Virus record (IMG/VR): IMGVR_UViG_3300020579_000010
DNA from: an uncultured virus (IMG/VR IMGVR_UViG_3300020579_000010)
Taxonomy: Duplodnaviria > Heunggongvirae > Uroviricota > Caudoviricetes
Strand: one strand, 5' to 3'
DNA: 64,000 bases
Shown: piece by piece, positions 47,589 to 55,779 of the stretch
Layout of the letters: every line of letters begins with the position of its first letter
Numbering within the stretch: the stretch's first letter is position 1
Translations under genes and position numbers: made by a program
The notes under the pieces: model-generated
Told to the model about the DNA's origin: nothing
Seen by the model: only the letters and a program-made list of their open reading frames with translations
The model's database searches: none

Positions 47589-48740
47589 ATGTATCGACCA
47601 GGCTTCGAGCTTTGCGGTTTCGACACTCTTCCCGTGCAACGGAAGCAAGTCGTTTTGCGTGCGCTGCTCGAAGCGCTGGTCGTCGCGGACTGGAATTACA
47701 TCTGGCATCGCGAGCAAGCAGGCGAAGGTCTTCTTCCGTCGATCTACGAAATTGGACCGCGGTACGTGCTCAAGGTGAGACCCGCAGGCATCGACTCGTG
47801 GCAAGACATTCCAAGGACTCTCGAGCTTGGGAGCGGGGACTGCTTTGCAGAAGGCACGCCCATCACTCTCGAAACTGGACAGCAGCTTCCAGTCGAGAAA
47901 GTCCAAATTGGTATGCGAGTTCGAACGCGGAGCGAACGCATCCACACCGTAACCAATCGTGGTTTGATGAAGCTCAATGCTAAGACGTTCGAAGTCGAAA
48001 CAAAAAGAGGGCATGTCGCGAGAGTCACAGCCAATCATCGTTTTTGGACGCGTAATCGCGGTTGGGTTCCTCTTCGCGATTTGAATCTTGGCGACGGGCT
48101 CATCGAGCTCGACGACACAGGCAATCAAAAAGACGCTGACATCGCAGAGATTCGACCCGCAGGCAGATCCGACGTTTACGATCTCACAGTCGAAGAAAAA
48201 CACGAGGTTTTTGCTGGCGCAATTCTTGCGTCGCAATGTAAGGACTTTGCCTGTTGGCGTATCGCCGAGCTTCGTCACGCGGGCTACGACGATGTCTTCC
48301 CGCACATCAAAGTCACAACGGTGCCCGATCCCAAGGGCGTCGAACCGGACATGACCGTTTATCACATCCAGGTTCGTATCCACGAAACGATCGAAGACCC
48401 ATCAGCCGTTTTGGGAATGCCAACGAACGCGACATACGATCAGCTTCGAGGCGATTCAGGCGAAGCGAGCTTGGCGCCTATTTCTGCTGGTGCCTTTCCA
48501 GACATGTTCGCAGGCGGCGCATTCGGTTATCACCAAGAGCAATTCAGGCAGCATCCTGGATTGGGTGGCCATCCTGGCTACCCGCAGCACCAACCCAACT
48601 TCGGGCACTCCGGTCGTGGAGGGCAGCAGCATCCGCAGTTCGGACAACCACAACAATTCGGACAACATCCAGGCCACTTCGGCTATCATGCAGGTGGCAT
48701 CGTCAACCAGTTTGGAGTGCCGTACGGATACGGCCGGTAA
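47589..48740 (+). CDS. Transglutaminase-like cysteine protease interrupted by a mini-intein
   Basis: Spliced form LELGSGD|CKDFACW, YHIQV, EDPS gives a Cys-His-Asp triad. Confidence 0.8.
   Translation: MYRPGFELCGFDTLPVQRKQVVLRALLEALVVADWNYIWHREQAGEGLLPSIYEIGPRYVLKVRPAGIDSWQDIPRTLELGSGDCFAEGTPITLETGQQLPVEKVQIGMRVRTRSERIHTVTNRGLMKLNAKTFEVETKRGHVARVTANHRFWTRNRGWVPLRDLNLGDGLIELDDTGNQKDADIAEIRPAGRSDVYDLTVEEKHEVFAGAILASQCKDFACWRIAELRHAGYDDVFPHIKVTTVPDPKGVEPDMTVYHIQVRIHETIEDPSAVLGMPTNATYDQLRGDSGEASLAPISAGAFPDMFAGGAFGYHQEQFRQHPGLGGHPGYPQHQPNFGHSGRGGQQHPQFGQPQQFGQHPGHFGYHAGGIVNQFGVPYGYGR
47841..48236 (+). mobile_element. Mini-intein (132 aa Hint domain, no endonuclease)
   Basis: Block A CFAEGT, block B VTANHRF, block F VYDLTVE, ends ILASQ before Cys+1. 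Confidence 0.9.
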
Positions 48741-48754
48741 AAGGAAAAGCTCAA

Positions 48755-49294
48755 ATGGCCAAGCGTCGCTCTACAGGTTCTCTCGTTCTCGGTGCCGTCC
48801 TCGTCACTGCCGCGGTCTACGCCGGGTATCGCTACTTGGAGAAAGACAAGAAGCGCGGCATACGCGTAGGCGGAGCCCACGGGCTCGACTACGTGAACGA
48901 TGCTGACGCGAGGAGCGACAAGCGCGCATCAGCGTCGATGTACCTGATGAAGCCGTACCAGATTTTCAACCCTGGTGGAGGGATGCGTCCCTTCGAGATC
49001 GACGCGCAAGGCGCACCGACGGGTAGAGCTCTCATTCTTCCAGGCGAGCCTGCGACGGCTGGTGGCGTCGTCGTCAGTGGTCAGAGCGGGCCGGCGATTG
49101 TCGGTGGACAAAGCGGACCCATGATCACGGGCGGTCAGAGCGGTCCTTCCATCGTCGGCGCTTGGGATTACGCCGGCTATGGTCATGGCCACGGGGGTCA
49201 TGGTGGTCACTACGGTCATCATCACCCGCACTACCCGCCACCCCCGCCGCCCGATCCCGATCCGATGATGGATCCGAACGCGCCGCAAATCTGA
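48755..49294 (+). CDS. Single-TM protein with QSGP-x-I-[V/T]G repeats
   Basis: QSGPAIVG also present in the capsid candidate. Confidence 0.7.
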   Translation: MAKRRSTGSLVLGAVLVTAAVYAGYRYLEKDKKRGIRVGGAHGLDYVNDADARSDKRASASMYLMKPYQIFNPGGGMRPFEIDAQGAPTGRALILPGEPATAGGVVVSGQSGPAIVGGQSGPMITGGQSGPSIVGAWDYAGYGHGHGGHGGHYGHHHPHYPPPPPPDPDPMMDPNAPQI

Positions 49295-49323
49295 CACGCG
49301 ATTTTCTCTCGGAGAACAAGAAG

Positions 49324-50277
49324 ATGCATGCTCGAACCAAAACCACTCTCGCTCTCGGCGCTCTCGCTCTCGGCGTAGGGTACTCGGTCTACAAACGCCG
49401 CGAAAATCCAGCGTGGACTCCTTGGGGTGCACTCCTCTCTTCGACGCGCGACAAGGTGCTCGCTCTCGAGAAGGTGAAGATCACGTCGGTGCCGACGCCG
49501 CACGAGACCGCTGCGCTCGATCCGGGCATGTCGACCGACCAAGTGAAGCAAGTCAATCATGCGCTCTCGAACGAGACTGACATGAAGACACTCGCCAATC
49601 ATGCTGTCGCCCTCAGCGCGCTCGGTCACGACAATAGCGCCGCCGCGGTCGCAGCGAAAACCGTTGCCATTGGCGAGGCAAAAGCCGCAGGTGCCAAGGA
49701 CGCAGACCTTCACGTGAAGCAAGTCGAAGCTGCTGCGGTTCCTCTTCCGCCTGCTGCCATCGCAACAGGCTACTTCGGCCGAGGCGGTCACGGCTGGGGC
49801 GGCGGACGCGGCTGGGGCGGTCGTGAACGCGGCTGGGATCGCTTCCGCGAGCCATGGGCTCCGCCCGTTGTCGAAGAGGTCATCGATCCTGCGACGGGTC
49901 TTCCCTATGCACCGGTTGCAACAGGCTACGATCCGCGAAGAGGAGGCCGTGGCGGGTTCGAGCATCGCGGCTTCGGGCGCGATCCCCGCGTTCCTCACGA
50001 TCGATTCGGTGAGCTCTTTGGAAGAGGCCGTCACGAGCCGTGGCGCCGTGATCGCGAGTTTGGAGCTCCGATGCCCTTGCCGGAGATCCCGTACGATCCG
50101 TGGATTCACCACCGTCACCGCCGCCATCCGCTCGAGGAGGTCGTCGTCGATCCGGCGCTTGCGCAGCAGCAAGCGTATCAGGCACCTGTGCAGCAACCGG
50201 TGGCACAGCCTGCAGCAGACGATGACGCTGGCGCTGACGCTGGCGCTGACGCTGCAACGGCCACTGGTTGGTGGTGA
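49324..50277 (+). CDS. Single-TM low-complexity protein
   Basis: PTPHET motif shared with the 43207 protein. Confidence 0.7.
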   Translation: MHARTKTTLALGALALGVGYSVYKRRENPAWTPWGALLSSTRDKVLALEKVKITSVPTPHETAALDPGMSTDQVKQVNHALSNETDMKTLANHAVALSALGHDNSAAAVAAKTVAIGEAKAAGAKDADLHVKQVEAAAVPLPPAAIATGYFGRGGHGWGGGRGWGGRERGWDRFREPWAPPVVEEVIDPATGLPYAPVATGYDPRRGGRGGFEHRGFGRDPRVPHDRFGELFGRGRHEPWRRDREFGAPMPLPEIPYDPWIHHRHRRHPLEEVVVDPALAQQQAYQAPVQQPVAQPAADDDAGADAGADAATATGWW

Positions 50278-50482
50278 TAAGAGGTAAGGACCCGTGCTTA
50301 CCTCTCAGCAAGCCCAGTGGCTGGTCACGTTCTACAGGAACCTGCCAGCCAACCGTCCACAAATGGCGGCTGCACAACAAGTGCAATCTGAGGTGCATCA
50401 GGCTGAAGTCGTCAACGGTGAACGGTATCCCTACTTCGATTTGCGACAGATGACGCGATAACCAAGGGAGTTAGGCCCCATC

Positions 50483-51259
50483 ATGAGCGAAGAAAAAGAT
50501 GAAAAGGTGACAGTCGAACAAGAAGATGAACAGAAGAGATCCTCTTCTGATGAGCAGAAGACCTCTAAGAGGGCCTCTTCCTCGATGACGGAGATCCTTC
50601 CCGGCATCAAGATGACTGATCCTCGTCCGACAGATCTCGAAATCTTTTTTCGCATCATGCCGCACATCCTCGGTGGCTGGGCAGGCAAGACCACGGACGT
50701 TCGCAGCGCAAACTCGAGCGCATTCATCCAGGCGCGCGAGGCACTCGGGCAAATGGCGATGATGGGGGTCGTGCGCGCGAGCTTCGTGTGCAACGACCGT
50801 TCGCACCTCGCGGTGATGCCCACGGGCGGTCATCCACAAATGCAGCAACAACCGCAGCAGCAGCAAGGAATGGCACAAGGTCAGCCCATGACTTCTCCGG
50901 GCAGTGGCGGCATGACGCAGCAGTACCCAACGAACGGCTATGGGCCAGGCGTGCAGCCTCCTCCGCAGAGCTCTCAAGCCGGTCAGGGCGGTCAAGTTGG
51001 TATTGGAGGCATGGTGCAGATGTTTCCGATGCATCAGGCAGCGCCGACCGTGCACGGCGCGCCGAACTTCGGTGACGGTTCGAAGGGCGTACTCACCAAC
51101 ATGTACCCGACGCCGGGAGCCGTTCCCGTTCCACCGATGGGACCTCCGCCACCTCCGCAACAGCCCTTCGCACAAGGCCAAGCAGCACCGTACAGCGGGT
51201 TCGCAGCTCCGCCCCAGTACCCATCGCCACCGCAGTACCCGCCGCAAGGATTTTCGTGA
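50483..51259 (+). CDS. Gln/Pro-rich hypothetical protein
   Basis: 258 aa. Confidence 0.7.
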   Translation: MSEEKDEKVTVEQEDEQKRSSSDEQKTSKRASSSMTEILPGIKMTDPRPTDLEIFFRIMPHILGGWAGKTTDVRSANSSAFIQAREALGQMAMMGVVRASFVCNDRSHLAVMPTGGHPQMQQQPQQQQGMAQGQPMTSPGSGGMTQQYPTNGYGPGVQPPPQSSQAGQGGQVGIGGMVQMFPMHQAAPTVHGAPNFGDGSKGVLTNMYPTPGAVPVPPMGPPPPPQQPFAQGQAAPYSGFAAPPQYPSPPQYPPQGFS

Positions 51260-51630
51260 AACGCAAAGCCTCAAAGCTCGTCACTAAGGCGCTCATCACC
51301 GTTGGTGTGATCGGCACGGCTTGGCTCGTGTGGCGCGCTTCGCAGGGCTCCCCCGTACGTCGTCACCTCGTTGGCCAGGGCGATGGCCACGTACTCGAAG
51401 CCCAGCGACTCTTGAAGCAGCTTGGATATGACGTCGACGTCGATGGGCTCGAAGGCCATCGCACGCAAGAAGCCATTGAGCATTTCCAGTCGCTTCATGA
51501 CCTCGACATCGATGGAGTCATTGACCACGCGACGCTCGCGGCGCTTCACGCTGCCGTCTCGAGCTACACGCACACAGGCTTCGGCCCGATGGCGAGCGGC
51601 GCTCTCACTCCGGCGTCGATTGGGAGCTAA
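51256..51630 (+). CDS. Membrane protein with peptidoglycan-binding domain
   Basis: VLEAQRLLKQLGYDVDVDGLEGHRTQEAIEHFQSLHDLDIDGVID. Confidence 0.9.
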   Translation: MKRKASKLVTKALITVGVIGTAWLVWRASQGSPVRRHLVGQGDGHVLEAQRLLKQLGYDVDVDGLEGHRTQEAIEHFQSLHDLDIDGVIDHATLAALHAAVSSYTHTGFGPMASGALTPASIGS

Positions 51631-51638
51631 GCTCGCTC

Positions 51639-52265
51639 ATGTGGTTTTTTCTCATTCCTCTCGGATTGGCATGGTGGAGCTGGCACCGTCGTCACGACTA
51701 CCGTGCCGTGCGAGGTCGTCCACTCTTTCATGGCTGGCGTGGTCATGGCGAACATGCTGAGCGCGGTGAGCGCGGCGAGCGCGGCGGCGAGCGCGGCGGC
51801 GAGCGATTCGCGCACCCTACACATCGTGCGGGTGCAGGCGTGGACGCTCCGATGCTCGCACTGCCGTCGGCTCCTTCGCGCGAGCCTGACGCGTCGGCGA
51901 CGGCTGCGGACTACTTGAAGCATGTGAAGAGCGCGACGCACTTGACGGCGGCCCTCGACTACTTCGCGCAAGGCCCGGCGCTTGCGGGCGACGTGCAGAC
52001 GCTGATGGGCGCGCCACCCGACCTTGCGCAGATTCTTCAGGCTCTCCAAGCGCCCATGGACGTCGTCACCGTGCAGCGCGATCTCAACGTGCTCGGCTGC
52101 GAGCCGCCCCTCGAAGAGAACGGCGCACTCAACGCTCGCACGACGGAAGCCATCAAAGCGCTTCAGAGTCGTTTCGGCCAAGTGTCCACGGGCGAAGTCG
52201 ATGGCGATACCCGCGTCGCGATTCGCTACTCCGTCGGCAGTCTTCATACACAAGGGAGCTTGTAA
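51639..52265 (+). CDS. Protein with C-terminal peptidoglycan-binding domain
   Basis: VQRDLNVLG...ENGALNARTTEAIKALQ..TGEVD. Confidence 0.8.
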   Translation: MWFFLIPLGLAWWSWHRRHDYRAVRGRPLFHGWRGHGEHAERGERGERGGERGGERFAHPTHRAGAGVDAPMLALPSAPSREPDASATAADYLKHVKSATHLTAALDYFAQGPALAGDVQTLMGAPPDLAQILQALQAPMDVVTVQRDLNVLGCEPPLEENGALNARTTEAIKALQSRFGQVSTGEVDGDTRVAIRYSVGSLHTQGSL

Positions 52266-52269
52266 CGCG

Positions 52270-53030
52270 ATGTTCGAAGACAGAGAAAAGTCTCGCTGGC
52301 TCGGTATCTACGAAGATCGTGTCATGAAGCGCGCCAAAAAGCGTCCGCGCTGGCAGCATTTGCCCGCAGGGCACATGTACTACGGAATGGGGCTGAGCCC
52401 GCTTGCCGCAGCGCGTAGGTTCTTGCACGAGACAGTTTGGGGCGCGAGGCGCAAGCGCCACGCGAAGCATCGAAAGACGCGATGAACGAGTACCACCCGT
52501 GGCCGCCGCCGATATCGCCGTATGCGCGCGGTCTCGATCCGTCATGTGCTTACGACGAATGGGATTATGCCATACCTGGCTACTCTCCCGACGGCGTTTA
52601 CTACACAGGCGCTGATCGATTTCAAGCTGGAGTCGACATTCCGACTTGGCAACAAGTCGAGCAATTCGCGCGCGACACGGCCCACCAATACCTCCCTCAG
52701 GTTGATGCCGAGAAAGCAAAGCGGTATGCGCACGAGTTCAAGCAAGCAGCATCGAAAGCCGTGCCCTCTGCACCTTCGTTTGCTCTGCCCCGCATTCCTG
52801 ACGTTCGATTTGCGCCGACTGTCAATCTCCCGAACATCGGCGATCCGGGCGCATGGTTCGGTCAGACGCCTCAGAAAGTGAGTGACGCGGCGGACGCGGC
52901 TTCACGCGCGGCGGACGCTGCAACTCTGGCGGCAAAAGAGCATGAAGAGACGATGCGCATCGTGAAGTACGCAGTCATCGGTGTGGGGGCGCTCGGAGGG
53001 CTTGCGCTCCTCTGGTCGATCGTGAAGTGA
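52270..53030 (+). CDS. Two hypothetical genes (52270-52485 basic; 52482-53030 C-terminal TM)
   Basis: Coupled ORFs. Confidence 0.55.
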
Positions 53031-54604
53031 CAGGTGATGAGATTCCGAAGCCTGACGTTCCTGCGGTGCCGGACAGCGGAGCTCGGCTCGTCGCGGTTCC
53101 TGCTCCAGCAATAGAGCCAGCGCTCATCGCTGCGCCCCCAGAAGAGGTAGTTTTTTCCTGCTCTTCTTGCGGAAAGTCCTCTGGGCCGAATTGGCGGGAG
53201 TCTTGCCTCTTGTGCGGCGCCTTCGGCACCGTAGAAATGGGCTCGGCGTCGCACGCGAAGAACAAGAACTGGGTCGGAGGCAGCGGCAAACCGCAGCTCT
53301 TGTCGGAGGTCTCGGCGGAAGACCATGAGCGCATCTCGACGGGCACCCGCGAGTTCGATCGTGTCCTCGGGGGCGGGCTCGTCACAGGATCGCTGGTGCT
53401 CATCTCTGGAGATCCTGGCATCGGCAAGTCGACGCTGCTCACGCAGATCGCCGCCGCGCTCACGACCGCCGAGATGACCGAAATCGAGACAAAACGAGCG
53501 ACGCATCCTCTCGTCGTCTTGTACGTCTCGGCCGAAGAAACCACCGCGCAGATCAAGAACCGCTCGGTGCGCTTGGCGATGCCGTCGAAGCAGCTCTTTC
53601 TCGTCAACGAATCCGACGTGGTCGTCATCACGAAATACATTCACGAGATCAAGCCCGACATCCTCATCATCGATTCGGTTCAGACCGTGTTCTTGCCCGA
53701 CACCGACGGCAACGCAGGCTCGGTCACGCAGGTGAAGGAGTGCGCGGTTCACTTCATGAACGTGTGCCGCGCGATGAAGATCGGGTGCTTTCTCGTCTGC
53801 CACGTCATCAAGGACGGCACGGTCGCGGGTCCCAAGATGCTCGAGCACGTCGTCGATGCGGTGCTCGAGTTCCACCGCGAGGGTCAGGGCGAGCTTCGCT
53901 CGGTGCGCGCCAACAAGAACCGCTTCGGCGACACGAACGAGATGGCTCTTTTTCGCATGTCGAAGGATGGTCTTCACTCCATCGAAAATCCCAGCGAGCT
54001 TCTCCTAGAACAACACCAAGATGGACAGCAGGGCGTATGCATTGGTCTCGCGGCGCTTGGTCCAAGACCTCTCGCGGTCGAAGTGCAGGTTCTCTTGGGT
54101 TCGTCCATGCCAAGTAGCTACACATCATTCAAGAGGGCAGTAACGGGATTGAAGACTGCACGGGCTCTTCAGGTATGTACGATTTTGCAGCGCCGTTTCA
54201 ATATCGACTTGAACCGCGAAGTCCTCATCAACGTTCCAGGCGGACTCGAAGAGCTCCAAGATCCTGCGCTCGATCTCCCTCTTGCATTGGCGCTTACCTC
54301 TTACGTTCTCGGCATCGCGCTTCCACCGGGCTTCATCTGCTGGGGAGAGATTGGCCTTGCAGGAGAGATTCGCCCTGTGAGCTACAGCGAGGCGCGCATC
54401 AAGGCAGCGAAGCTTCTTCATTTCGACATGGTCATGGGTCCTGTGGCTCCGAGCTACGAAACCGACCATGCACCAAAGCCTGACAGCGATGACGAGGAAG
54501 GCGGCTACTTTCCCGTCGCAACGCTCGAAGAGGCGTTCGACGCCCTCGATTTCGACATCACTGTCGCGAAGCCAAAACGGGCGAAATTGAAACGGAAGAA
54601 GTGA
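53027..54604 (+). CDS. radA: DNA repair protein RadA/Sms
   Basis: C4 zinc finger, Walker A GDPGIGKS, IIDSVQT, AGPKMLEHVVD, KNRFG, Lon-like C-terminus GEIGLAGEIRPV. Confidence 0.97.
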   Translation: MTGDEIPKPDVPAVPDSGARLVAVPAPAIEPALIAAPPEEVVFSCSSCGKSSGPNWRESCLLCGAFGTVEMGSASHAKNKNWVGGSGKPQLLSEVSAEDHERISTGTREFDRVLGGGLVTGSLVLISGDPGIGKSTLLTQIAAALTTAEMTEIETKRATHPLVVLYVSAEETTAQIKNRSVRLAMPSKQLFLVNESDVVVITKYIHEIKPDILIIDSVQTVFLPDTDGNAGSVTQVKECAVHFMNVCRAMKIGCFLVCHVIKDGTVAGPKMLEHVVDAVLEFHREGQGELRSVRANKNRFGDTNEMALFRMSKDGLHSIENPSELLLEQHQDGQQGVCIGLAALGPRPLAVEVQVLLGSSMPSSYTSFKRAVTGLKTARALQVCTILQRRFNIDLNREVLINVPGGLEELQDPALDLPLALALTSYVLGIALPPGFICWGEIGLAGEIRPVSYSEARIKAAKLLHFDMVMGPVAPSYETDHAPKPDSDDEEGGYFPVATLEEAFDALDFDITVAKPKRAKLKRKK

Positions 54605-54833
54605 TGGGGTGATGGGGCTAATTTTCATAGCAGTTGTTGTTCTACTGGCCACGCTCGGTTCGCTTGCAGTGTGGACCCTTGATGACGTGAAGAAGAGGTC
54701 GAAGAAGTCTTCGCAGAAACCCCCGAAGCCGGTATGATTGCGGCACCCCAATGAATCCGAGATCAAATCGAAACGGCATAGCCGCAAGAATCGAACGAAC
54801 GACGCGATCGACTGACCGAAGGGAAGGAAAATC

Positions 54834-55775
54834 GTGAATCGAAATCGTCCACCCGCTGCCATGCCCGCTCCTGGCTTCCAGACTCCGCTTTTCGCAGGTG
54901 CTCAGCATGCTGCGACACAGCAAGCGCAGCCGCTCTACTCGCCCGAGTGCCTTGAGGCGTTGATTCGTCAGTCCGAGTCGAATTACATGATCGCGCGCGA
55001 GCGCACGATGAAATTCGACGAAGGGGCAGGCACGCTCGAGATGGAAACGCAGAACATGAGCATTGAGCTTGCCAACCGCGGCATGACCTCTTCGCACGAT
55101 CCGATGTTGCGGGCCAACGAAGTCATGCGCCAAGAGATGCGAGCGCATCGAAGTCTCCTTGATGCACTTCTTCGCTCGGAGCTCGCTCTCCAAGGAAACT
55201 TCAAGCGCTGGGCTTCGGGTCAAATGCCAGCGCTCTCGAATCCGGCTGCATCGATGTTCAATGCTCCGATGCCGCCCCCTCCGCCCATTCCTGGCGGTCA
55301 GTATTCACAGTCGGCGGCGACGACGGCGCAAGCGCAAGGACCGTTTCAACCGCAGCAAGGCTTCGCTCCTCCGCCTCCAGGCGTGCCGCCTCCGATGCCC
55401 CTAGGAGCTGTCGACTACCGCGATCCGCGTCAAGCGGCCGAGGCGCTTCTACGCGCGGCGCCGATGCCGATGGTTCCGCAGCAACAACCTGTTCTTCAGC
55501 AGCAGCCGCAAGCTCCATATCCGTATCCGCATCCCCAGCAGCAAGCTGCGTATCCGTACCCGCAACAGCAGATGCCGCCGCAGTATGCGCCGCAGCAGCC
55601 GCAGTACGCGTATCCAGTTCCGCAACAGCAACCGATGCCGATGCAGCAACAAGAAGTGGCCCCCACGCAGCAGGCGCCGATGCCGACGAGTATGCAGTTC
55701 GAGCAACCGCCGCCTGCGCAGCAAGCTCCACATCAAGCAGCGCCTGCTCAAGTCAACGGAGCCGCGAAGGCATAG
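54834..55775 (+). CDS. Gln/Pro-rich protein with helical core
   Basis: 313 aa. Confidence 0.7.
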   Translation: MNRNRPPAAMPAPGFQTPLFAGAQHAATQQAQPLYSPECLEALIRQSESNYMIARERTMKFDEGAGTLEMETQNMSIELANRGMTSSHDPMLRANEVMRQEMRAHRSLLDALLRSELALQGNFKRWASGQMPALSNPAASMFNAPMPPPPPIPGGQYSQSAATTAQAQGPFQPQQGFAPPPPGVPPPMPLGAVDYRDPRQAAEALLRAAPMPMVPQQQPVLQQQPQAPYPYPHPQQQAAYPYPQQQMPPQYAPQQPQYAYPVPQQQPMPMQQQEVAPTQQAPMPTSMQFEQPPPAQQAPHQAAPAQVNGAAKA

Positions 55776-55779
55776 GAAC

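Noticed and set aside
29327..54862. Long antisense ORFs (e.g. 29327-30241, 49231-50196, 52871-53977)
   Set aside because: Shadow ORFs expected from high GC3 on the coding strand.
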